Shown piece by piece: positions 43,439 through 55,558 of a DNA stretch of 64,000 nt. The notes under the pieces were generated by a model. The model saw only the letters and a list, made by a program, of their open reading frames with translations. It made no database searches and was not told where the DNA came from. A program made the position numbers and the translations under genes. Every line of letters begins with the position of its first letter. Positions within the stretch are counted from its first letter, which is position 1. The stretch comes from Vicinamibacterales bacterium (GTDB lineage Bacteria; Acidobacteriota; Vicinamibacteria; Vicinamibacterales; UBA2999): positions 4,751 through 68,750 of the forward strand of contig JBFWUK010000010.1 in NCBI GenBank assembly GCA_050247355.1, given 5' to 3'.

Positions 43439-43522
43439 GCTTGATGAATGAGCACCGCAAAGCGGCCGGTCATGAGTAATTAGTCGCGGCGTCCTGCATC
43501 CAAGTCGGGAGAAGGCATCACG

Positions 43523-44854
43523 ATGAACCCGACGATTTACCTATCCAAGTTGTTCAAGGCCTGCCTCGATTGCCGGACTGGTGAGCGGGTGTTCTCGGCC
43601 GCCATGTCGGTGTGCTTCTTCCTGGTGATTTCCACCTTCTGGATCTTGAAGCCGCTCAAGAAGACCGCGTTCATTGGCCAGTTCGACGAGGCGGGCGTCA
43701 ACCTGCTGTCGTGGCACCTCTCGGCGTCCGAGGCCGAGCTGGTCGCCAAGATTCTCAACATGGTGGTCGCGTTCGCCGCGGTCGTGGCGTTTACCTGGTT
43801 GGCGCGGCGCTTTCGACGCCAGCAGCTCGTCCACATCTTCTCGATTTTCTTCATTGCCGGTTTCATGGCCTACAGCCTCATTCTTGGCCGGCCGTCGGAC
43901 GCCACGGTGTGGAGCTTCTATCTGTTCGGCGATCTCTTCAGCACGCTCATGGTCGCGACGTTCTTCGCGTTTCTGAACGACAGTGTGTCGCCAGACCAGG
44001 CCAAGCGGCTGTACGGCATCGTCGGACTCGGCGGGGTCGTCGGTGGGGTCGCCGGCAGCACGTTTGTCGGTGTCTGGGTGGATGCCGTGACTCCGGCGGG
44101 CTGGCTCTGGGTTTGCGTCGGCGTGACGCTCGGCATCATGAGTGCGGCAGAGATCGCCGGCCGGTCGGCACCGCCCGCCATCGCCGTTGAACCGGTGACC
44201 ACCACGGCCCCGGAGCCGGGAGGGACAGCCTTCGCCGGCGCTCAGCTGGTCTTCCGGTCGAAGTATCTCCTGTCGATCGTGGCCATCGTCGGCTTGTATG
44301 AGGTGGCCTCGACCATCACCGATTTCATGTTCACGAGCACAGTCACTCATCACCTGAGCGGACCTGATATCGGCCGCCAGTTTTCGCGCGTCTTCGCGCT
44401 GACCAACTGGGTTTCGATGCTGGTTCAGTTCTTCCTGACGAGCCTGATCATGACTCGAGTGGGAATGGGGGCCGCCTTGATGGTGTTGCCGGCGGCCCTG
44501 GTGACCGGGTCGGCCGCGTTCCTGGTGCTGCCGATTCTGTGGACCGGGAGCCTGTTGAACACCGCCGACAACGGCTTCAGTTACTCCATCAATCAATCGG
44601 CCAAAGAGGCGCTGTACGTGCCGGTACCGCGTCACGAGAAATACCAGGCGAAGGCTTTCATCGACATCTTCGTGCAACGCGTGGCCAAGGCGCTGGCGGT
44701 GGTCGTCAGCCTGGTGGTGTCGTCGACGTTGACTGACTTCGACAGCGTTCGTTGGCTGGCGCTCGTCAACGTCGTGATCGTCGCGGCCTGGTTCGGTGCC
44801 GCTCGCTATGCCGGGCGGGCGTTTCAGCCCAAATGCGACGAGGCCGTCGCATGA
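43523..44854 (+). CDS. TLC/NTT-like (ATP:ADP antiporter family-like) MFS-type transporter, paralog 2
   Basis: SD GGGAGAAGG. FFLVISTFWILKPLKKTAF and VWSFYLFGDLFSTLMVATFFAFLNDSVSPDQAKRLYGIVGLGGVVGG resemble by eye the TLC blocks (iLRdlKDtL; WsfalFYvmaELWgsvvlsvLFWqfANeit..eAkRfYplfg). Visibly lower GC than its neighbours. Confidence 0.55.
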   Translation: MNPTIYLSKLFKACLDCRTGERVFSAAMSVCFFLVISTFWILKPLKKTAFIGQFDEAGVNLLSWHLSASEAELVAKILNMVVAFAAVVAFTWLARRFRRQQLVHIFSIFFIAGFMAYSLILGRPSDATVWSFYLFGDLFSTLMVATFFAFLNDSVSPDQAKRLYGIVGLGGVVGGVAGSTFVGVWVDAVTPAGWLWVCVGVTLGIMSAAEIAGRSAPPAIAVEPVTTTAPEPGGTAFAGAQLVFRSKYLLSIVAIVGLYEVASTITDFMFTSTVTHHLSGPDIGRQFSRVFALTNWVSMLVQFFLTSLIMTRVGMGAALMVLPAALVTGSAAFLVLPILWTGSLLNTADNGFSYSINQSAKEALYVPVPRHEKYQAKAFIDIFVQRVAKALAVVVSLVVSSTLTDFDSVRWLALVNVVIVAAWFGAARYAGRAFQPKCDEAVA

Positions 44855-46071
44855 GGCGCATCATGGTGGTGGTGGCGGTTTGGGCTGGTCTCGCGGCCGG
44901 GCTCGGCGCCCAGACTCCCGCCGAAGCCCCACTCCAGCCACCGGCAGACAGCCGCGCGGCGCTGAGCGACCAGGCGCGGTTAGCGAAGGCCGCCACCCTG
45001 ACGCCCGAGGTGTTATCCACCTGGGAGCGCCGCGTGCTTGCGCTCGAGGCGCGGAACTTCCCGCGCCATCTGTTTGTTGATGAGTACAACGGTGTGCGAA
45101 CGCTGATCGGCGGCATGCCATCGGGATCCGGTGTCGCCGCCGGCGTCGGCTACATGGCCGGAGCGACCGGCGAACGGCTTCGATTCAACGTCGGCGCGCG
45201 GTGGTCGATCGAGCACTACCGGCAGCTCGACGCCGAGGCGCTGCGGCCGAGCCGGAGCGGCCGCCCGTTTCAGGTCCGGATACACGGTCGCTACGCGGAC
45301 TACCGCGCGCTGGATCTGTTCGGACTGGGCCACCGTTCGTCGCCCGATGCGAAAGCCGCGTATCGCTTTGAAAGCCGCACCGCGTCGGTCAGCGTCTCGC
45401 GATGCGCCGGCCGGCGGATCGCCATCGGCGCCGAGAGTGGCGTGCTGAACGGGTCGGTGCGATCTTTCGACGGCGGCCGTGGCCGGTTGCCCGAGCTTCC
45501 CGGCGCGACCCTTCAGCCGACGTTCGTGTTCGGCGGCGGTCATGTGGCGCTGACGCTGAGAGATGGCGCGCTCAGGTTCGCCGGCGTGCGCCTGCGCCTC
45601 GACGCCACGCGATGGGTCGATGTCGACGGCGAGAACTTTGACTTCACACGCCTGGTTGGTGAACTGCAGACCCACCTGCCGCTCGGTGCCCGCAATCGGA
45701 TGCTGGCGCTTCGCCTGCGCACCTCTCACTCGATCGCCGACACCGGCGCGAGCGTGCCGTTCTATCTCATGGAGACACTGGGCGGGGCGACGAGCGTTCG
45801 AGGCTTCGATGAGCGTCGGTTCCGCGACACCCACAATGTGGTGGCCAACGCGGAGTATCGGTGGGAGGTCTGGAATTACGCCGACCTGGCGATCTTCGGC
45901 GATGTTGGCCGCGTCTTCTCGCGCGCCGATCGCTTTGCCTGGTCCGGATTTGCCGCCGGTTACGGCATCGGACTCCGATCGGTGCTGCCAGGAGGCGGCG
46001 GGTTCCGGATCGACGTGGCCCGCGGACGGGAAGGTTTCAGATTGCATATCGGCGGGGGGGCGGCGTTCTGA
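44851..46071 (+). CDS. Outer-membrane beta-barrel protein (bacterial surface antigen/Omp85-like C-terminal domain)
   Basis: ATGA overlap with the transporter gene. Signal peptide MRRIMVVVAVWAGLAAGLGA. The C-terminus has alternating beta-strand text ending in F (GFRLHIGGGAAF). Confidence 0.65.
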   Translation: MRRIMVVVAVWAGLAAGLGAQTPAEAPLQPPADSRAALSDQARLAKAATLTPEVLSTWERRVLALEARNFPRHLFVDEYNGVRTLIGGMPSGSGVAAGVGYMAGATGERLRFNVGARWSIEHYRQLDAEALRPSRSGRPFQVRIHGRYADYRALDLFGLGHRSSPDAKAAYRFESRTASVSVSRCAGRRIAIGAESGVLNGSVRSFDGGRGRLPELPGATLQPTFVFGGGHVALTLRDGALRFAGVRLRLDATRWVDVDGENFDFTRLVGELQTHLPLGARNRMLALRLRTSHSIADTGASVPFYLMETLGGATSVRGFDERRFRDTHNVVANAEYRWEVWNYADLAIFGDVGRVFSRADRFAWSGFAAGYGIGLRSVLPGGGGFRIDVARGREGFRLHIGGGAAF

Positions 46072-47714
46072 TGCGTCGACCATTCGCGGCGATCGTGTTC
46101 GTGGCACTGGCGGCCACCGTCGCCCTGGCGGGCCAGGGCCACCAGCGGCGCTTCTATCCGGACGACCCGCAGTGGGTCGACCGCGACACACACGACGTGC
46201 CGGCGACACCGGCGGCGATCGAGCTGAGCGACCTGTACGACCGCTTCCGCCACATCATCGCGCTGCCGGGCGCGAAGACACCGGGCGAGTCGCGCAACGT
46301 CAACACGCTGGGTGAGGTCCCTGACAGCTCGTGGTACCAGAACCGCCACGCCGCGCAGCGGATGTCGATCGCCGAACTCGTGAGGGGGCCCGACACGACC
46401 GGCGGGCCTGACCTGACCAGTCCGTGGCGGGTGGTCCGCGGCAAGACCCAGGGCTTGACCCCGGGCTTCGACATCCTTGACGGGCGTGGCCATCGCTACG
46501 TCATCAAGCTCGATCCGTTCGACCTGCCTGAGTTGAGTTCGTCGGCTGAGGTCATCAGCACCAAAATCTTCCATGCGCTCGGGTACTACACGCCGGAGAA
46601 CTACATCGTCCTCGTGGATCCCGCCAGGTTGATGATCGAACCAGGCACGCTCGTCGCCGACGAACTGGGTACGAAACGACCGCTGACGCCTGAACGGCTG
46701 GCCGGCCTTTTGCGCGACGCGCCTCGTCGAGCCGACGGACGGATCCGCGTGACCGCCAGCTTGTTCGTCAGCGGGAAGCCAATCGGCCCCTTCCGCTACT
46801 TCGGGACCAGGAGTGACGACCCCAACGACGTGATTCCCCATGAGGATCGGCGGGAGTTGAGAGGCTTGCGGGTGTTCTCGGCGTGGCTGAACCACGACGA
46901 TACGCGTGCCCAGAACACCCTGGATTCGTGGGTTCAGGTGGGCGATGCCCACTACGTCCGGCACCATTTGATCGACTTCGGTTCAACCCTGGGCAGCGGC
47001 AGCATTGAAGCGCAGCTGCCATGGCTGGGATTCGACTACTGGCTGGATCCCGGCCTGCTGAAGCGCAACGCCCTCGGCTTTGGCACCCATGTGCCTGCGT
47101 ATCACCGGGTGCGGTTCCCGTCGTATCCGTCCGTGGGCCGGTTCGAGGCCGAGGCTTACCAGCCCCACGCGTGGAAGAACGACTACCCGAACCCGGCGTT
47201 TGTCCGCATGACCGAACGCGACGCCTTCTGGGCGACCAAGACCCTGATGGCCTTCACGCGTGAAGAATTGGCGGCCATCGTCGCGACCGGGCAGTATACC
47301 GACGCGGCCGCCGAAGCTTACGTGCTGCGTACGCTGGTCAAGCGGCAGCAGAAGACCGGCGCCTACTATCTCGCCCGCTCGAACCCCCTCGACGAATTCA
47401 CGGTGGCTGGCGCCGAGTTCCGGTTCGTCAACCTGGCAGATAAGTACGGCCTGGCCGGCGCCGGAACCCAGTACCACGTGGAATGGTCGACCTACGACGA
47501 CGCGACCGGGGCCTCCGAGTTGCTGGCGGCCGGTGCCATCGTCGACCGTCCACGGTCACAGCTCCCGGAAGTCCCTCTGCCGGTCGGCGCGAGCCGATAC
47601 CTCAAGGTGGTCGTGCGCTCGCTTCACACCGACTTTCCGGCCTGGTCCGCACCAATCGCGGTGTTCCTGCGGACCGTCGGCAACGGCTACGAGGTCGTGG
47701 GCGTTGAGCGCTGA
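46071..47714 (+). CDS. Signal-peptide protein with protein-kinase-like / PI3-PI4-kinase-like catalytic motifs
   Basis: TGATG overlap with the OMP gene. Signal MRRPFAAIVFVALAATVALAG. Motifs in canonical order: RYVIK (K146, 46506-46508), SAEVISTKIF (helix-C-like Glu), WLNHDDTRAQN (HxDxxxxN, 46893-46916) and HHLIDFGSTLG (DFG, 46974-46982). Confidence 0.55.
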   Translation: MRRPFAAIVFVALAATVALAGQGHQRRFYPDDPQWVDRDTHDVPATPAAIELSDLYDRFRHIIALPGAKTPGESRNVNTLGEVPDSSWYQNRHAAQRMSIAELVRGPDTTGGPDLTSPWRVVRGKTQGLTPGFDILDGRGHRYVIKLDPFDLPELSSSAEVISTKIFHALGYYTPENYIVLVDPARLMIEPGTLVADELGTKRPLTPERLAGLLRDAPRRADGRIRVTASLFVSGKPIGPFRYFGTRSDDPNDVIPHEDRRELRGLRVFSAWLNHDDTRAQNTLDSWVQVGDAHYVRHHLIDFGSTLGSGSIEAQLPWLGFDYWLDPGLLKRNALGFGTHVPAYHRVRFPSYPSVGRFEAEAYQPHAWKNDYPNPAFVRMTERDAFWATKTLMAFTREELAAIVATGQYTDAAAEAYVLRTLVKRQQKTGAYYLARSNPLDEFTVAGAEFRFVNLADKYGLAGAGTQYHVEWSTYDDATGASELLAAGAIVDRPRSQLPEVPLPVGASRYLKVVVRSLHTDFPAWSAPIAVFLRTVGNGYEVVGVER

Positions 47715-48867
47715 CGTCGTCCTGCTCGGCATCGGTCACACCAACGCCCATGCGTTGCGGATGTGGCTGAACGCACCCTTGCCGGGCGCCCGACTGACGT
47801 GTGTGTCCAGCCACCAGATGTCTACCTACTCTGGCATGCTGCCGGGAGTGCTGGCCGGCCAATATTCCCGCGAGCACATGGAGATCGACCTGGAGGCGCT
47901 GTGCGCTGCCGCCGGCGCCCACTTGATCGTCGGCGAAGTCAGTGGCCTCGATCGGGCCGGCCGGGCGCTGCAGTTTGCCGACCGCGCGCCGTTGCCCTTC
48001 GACGTGCTGTCAATCGGCATCGGATCAGTTCCCTCGTTCGCGGATGCATCCGTCATCGACGACAGCCGGCTGGTGCCGGTGAAACCAATGCAGACTTTCC
48101 TGGACCGTTTCGACCAACGGCTTCAGCAGGCCGCTCAACGGCGCCGCGGCGCCCCGATCCGTATTTCGGTTGTCGGTGGCGGCGCAAGCGGCGCCGAACT
48201 GGCGCTGTGCCTGCCGCCGTACGTCCAAGCGCGGCTCGGCGACGGTCGAGCGCCCGAGCAGACCGTTGTCAGCAGCGACGACCGGCTGTTGCCGGGCAGC
48301 CTGCCAGGCACCGCGCGGCGGGTCGAGAAGGCGCTGAAACGGCGTGGCGTCAGATTGCTGCTCGGCCGGCGAGCCGCACAGGTGCACAGCGGTCACCTGG
48401 CCTTCGATGACGGGTCGATCATGGAGACGGATGTGATCGTGTGGCTGACGAATGCCACCGCTCCTCCGCTACTGGCCGCCCTCGGCCTGCCAACCGATTC
48501 GCATGGGTTCCTGTTGACGACCGACGCTCTGCAGACGACCGCCGGCGATCCAGTCTTTGCCGTGGGCGATAGCGGGACGATCGCCGGATCGCCGACGCCG
48601 AAGGCGGGCGTGTTCGCGGTCAGGCAGGGGCCGGTGCTTTGGGAGAACATCGGCCGGACGTTGGCCGCCGAACCTCTTCAGCGCTACACGCCGCAACCCG
48701 GGTTCCTGAAGCTCTTGAACACCGGTGACGGCCGCGCCATCGGTGAATGGCGCGGCCTGTCCTTCGAGGGCGCCTGGGCCTGGCGGCTGAAGAACGCCAT
48801 CGACCGTCGATTCGTGCGCCCCTTTCAGGGCTCCCCGGCGGTCGATGCCGGTGGCAGTGCGTCCTGA
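47704..48867 (+). CDS. FAD/NAD(P)-dependent oxidoreductase of the NADH-dehydrogenase-like type found fused to SelD in some bacteria
   Basis: VVLLGIGHTNAHALRMWLNAPLPGARLTCVSSHQMSTYSGMLPGVLAG...FDVLSIGIGS and a second fold VVGGGASGAE. Start uncertain (a TTG at 47704 overlaps the upstream stop). Confidence 0.65.
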   Translation: MSADVVLLGIGHTNAHALRMWLNAPLPGARLTCVSSHQMSTYSGMLPGVLAGQYSREHMEIDLEALCAAAGAHLIVGEVSGLDRAGRALQFADRAPLPFDVLSIGIGSVPSFADASVIDDSRLVPVKPMQTFLDRFDQRLQQAAQRRRGAPIRISVVGGGASGAELALCLPPYVQARLGDGRAPEQTVVSSDDRLLPGSLPGTARRVEKALKRRGVRLLLGRRAAQVHSGHLAFDDGSIMETDVIVWLTNATAPPLLAALGLPTDSHGFLLTTDALQTTAGDPVFAVGDSGTIAGSPTPKAGVFAVRQGPVLWENIGRTLAAEPLQRYTPQPGFLKLLNTGDGRAIGEWRGLSFEGAWAWRLKNAIDRRFVRPFQGSPAVDAGGSAS

Positions 48868-48913
48868 TCGACGACCCACGCGGGCCACGCCGTTCCCGGC
48901 CTGACGACACGCA

Positions 48914-49438
48914 CTAATTCGGCCTGCGGCAGCGTCCGCCGCCACGGCAACCGTAGACATAGCCGAGTACTCCGCCATACGAGAGGTGGGCGAGCAGACT
49001 GGCGCCCGCAGCGGCCAGGCCGAAGTCCGCCGACAGCAGCCCAGGGGCGGCAGCGGTCCCGCCCAGGGCCGCACCGACCGCGCCAAGAGCAGGAACCGCG
49101 ATGGCCTGCACGAAGAGCCACAGGCCGGCACCAAAGATCAGGCCGCTGGTGCCGGGGCCGAAGGTGAGCCGCGGCTCGACTTGCTCAACGTAGAGCCAGG
49201 CGAAAGCAAACCCCGCGATCAAGTGCACGCCGAGCCCGACTGCACCGACTTGAACGGGGTCGCTGACAAACAGGCGGGAAACCCAGATCGGCAGGTCCAC
49301 CTGTGGCAACCCCATCGCTGGCAGCAGGTACATCATCGTCGTGATGGCCAGCGTGGCCAGGAATCCACTCGACCAGGTCAAAGCCGCATCCGGCGACCAC
49401 GTTGCCGGTCGTGCCACGAAATAGTTGTGTGTGTTCAT
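48914..49438 (-). CDS. Hypothetical integral membrane protein
   Basis: Internal ATG at 49438 (MNTHNYFV). Four to five hydrophobic segments. No motif recognised. Confidence 0.55.
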   Translation of the reverse strand: MNTHNYFVARPATWSPDAALTWSSGFLATLAITTMMYLLPAMGLPQVDLPIWVSRLFVSDPVQVGAVGLGVHLIAGFAFAWLYVEQVEPRLTFGPGTSGLIFGAGLWLFVQAIAVPALGAVGAALGGTAAAPGLLSADFGLAAAGASLLAHLSYGGVLGYVYGCRGGGRCRRPN

Positions 49439-49685
49439 GAAGCGTCTCTCCCTGAATCTGGTCTGTTGAGCCGGCCAGTCGTTACAAGCCGTAGTCGCGG
49501 CCCTTGTCACCGTGCCGGTTCAGCTCCGTCATCCGCGGCTCTGGGCGTCACGAATGGTCACGGGCGGGCAGTTCCTGTAACAGACGACCGGCGCGTTGGA
49601 CTGATGCTCTGGCACAGGATGGTTGCCGACCTGGACGGGCGACGTCCGGCAACCTGACCGGCGACGCAGTTGACTGGGGGCACTC

Positions 49686-50621
49686 GTGAAAAGACTGATG
49701 GCGGCGGCGATCGTGGTGACGGCTACCACCGTAGCAACCTTGGCGCAGGCCGCGCCGATCGTGGCCGAGGTGCGGGCGGCCATCGCAAACAACGACTTCG
49801 CGCGCGGCGACACGGTGCTGGCGGCACACCGCAAGGCCCATGGCGTGACGCCCGAGATGCTGGAAGCGCTCTCGTGGATGGGGCGAGGCACGCTGGCCGC
49901 AAGACGGTTCGAACTGGCGGAGCGGTACGCCACCGAAACCTACCAACTGTCAGCGGAGCTGCTCAAGCGTCGCGAGCTCGATGACGAGCCCCGCCTGCCA
50001 ATCGCCATCGGCGCGGCGATCGAGGTGCTGGCCCAGGCCGAGGCCCAGCGTGGGGCCAGGACCGAGGCCGTGCTCTTTCTCGGCCGCGAGCTGGCCAATT
50101 TCAAGGGCACGTCGATCGAGAAGCGGATTCAAAAAAACATCAACTTGCTCAGCCTCGTCGGGACGCCGGCGCCGGCCATCGAGACCGCCGACCATCTCGG
50201 ACCGCCGCCGCCGGCCGTCGCCAGCCTGACAGGAAAGGTCGTGCTGCTGTTCTTCTGGGCGCACTGGTGTCCCGACTGCAAGGCGGAGGCGCCGATTCTG
50301 GCGCGCCTATCCGATACCTACGCCGCCAAAGGGCTAGTCATCCTCGCGCCGACGCAGCGCTTCGGCTATGTGGCGGGGGGCAAGCCGGCATCGCCGGACG
50401 AGGAAGTGCGCTACATCGACCAGGTGCGCCAGGCGTCCTATCCGGTGCTGGCGGGTCACGCGATTCCGTTGAGCACGACCAACCACATTCGCTACGGCGT
50501 CAGTACCACGCCGACCCTCGTCCTGGTCGATCGGACCGGCATCATCCGGCTGTATCGCCCCGGCGCCATGAGCCACGAGCAACTCGAGCCCCTCGTAAAG
50601 GCACTGCTCGATCCGTCCTGA
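49686..50621 (+). CDS. Secreted helical (TPR-like) domain plus TlpA-family thioredoxin domain protein
   Basis: Signal MKRLMAAAIVVTATTVATLAQA. C-terminal VVLLFFWAHWCPDCKAEAP and TTPTLVLVD. Confidence 0.85.
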   Translation: MKRLMAAAIVVTATTVATLAQAAPIVAEVRAAIANNDFARGDTVLAAHRKAHGVTPEMLEALSWMGRGTLAARRFELAERYATETYQLSAELLKRRELDDEPRLPIAIGAAIEVLAQAEAQRGARTEAVLFLGRELANFKGTSIEKRIQKNINLLSLVGTPAPAIETADHLGPPPPAVASLTGKVVLLFFWAHWCPDCKAEAPILARLSDTYAAKGLVILAPTQRFGYVAGGKPASPDEEVRYIDQVRQASYPVLAGHAIPLSTTNHIRYGVSTTPTLVLVDRTGIIRLYRPGAMSHEQLEPLVKALLDPS

Positions 50622-50645
50622 CACCAGCATCGAACGCAGGCGGCG

Positions 50646-51248
50646 TCAGCTCAGTGATTGCCATGCCAGGATGGATCGCTGGACCACCGCGGCGAACAGG
50701 ATGGCGCACCACGCCCAGGCAATCGGTTCGACCAGCGCCGGGAGGACGACCCACGCCACGTAAACCAATGTCGTTTCACCGCCCTCTGCCAGGCCGCGCG
50801 TGAACTGGAACGTCCGATTGGTTGAGCTGACGATGCGGCCGGCGCGGTCGGCGGCCGCGGCCAGCGCCAGCGTCGTGGTAATCGACAGCACGTAGCCGGT
50901 GATGATACACAGCCACACCAGCCGCGGTTGCGGGTGCAGGGTGGCAAATGCCACCACCATGGCGCTGTAGGCCGCCATGTCGAGCGTGATATCCAGGTAG
51001 CCGCCGAATGCGGTGACCCGGTTCGTGGCCCGCGCCAGGACCCCGTCGAGACCATCGCCGACCCGGCTGACCAGCCACAATGCCAGCCCCACTGCCGGAT
51101 GCCCACCAGCGATCGCCGCGGCCCCGCCGACGGCAATCGCAAACGTGCCGACGGTGATGGCCGTGGGCGTCAGGCCAAGCCGGCCGAGCCCCCGCGCCAA
51201 CGGCGACAACAGGGGCTTCGCGTGCGTTCTGACGAATTCATCGAACAT
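50646..51248 (-). CDS. CDP-alcohol phosphatidyltransferase-family protein
   Basis: Internal ATG at 51248. The motif DGLDGVLAR-x8-GGYLDITLD matches D-G-x2-A-R...G-x3-D-x3-D. Confidence 0.85.
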   Translation of the reverse strand: MFDEFVRTHAKPLLSPLARGLGRLGLTPTAITVGTFAIAVGGAAAIAGGHPAVGLALWLVSRVGDGLDGVLARATNRVTAFGGYLDITLDMAAYSAMVVAFATLHPQPRLVWLCIITGYVLSITTTLALAAAADRAGRIVSSTNRTFQFTRGLAEGGETTLVYVAWVVLPALVEPIAWAWCAILFAAVVQRSILAWQSLS

Positions 51249-51378
51249 CGGGTGGGCCTGTAACACTATCGCATCTACCGAGACCCAGACATGAACTGGC
51301 GCGCCGCCAGGTCGCGAAAGAAGATGCCGATGACTGTGGAACGAGCCTTGACTGACCGGCGGATGGGTGGACGCTGAC

Positions 51379-55557
<4,179 letters not shown>

Positions 55558-55558
<1 letters not shown>

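Noticed and set aside
35742-43522. FNR-type boxes (TTGAT-N4-ATCAA) as the target of the Crp/Fnr-family regulator.
   Set aside because: I found no such sites in the intergenic regions scanned. The recurring palindrome is TGTGA-N6-TCACA, and the regulator lacks the N-terminal Cys cluster of FNR.
49621-49653. Hairpin GGTTGCCG...CGGCAACC in the 245-bp region upstream of the TlpA/TPR gene, considered as a riboswitch or attenuator.
   Set aside because: It is a single GC-rich stem with no U-tract, no recognisable riboswitch core sequence and no second copy. The evidence is insufficient in DNA where such stems arise by chance.
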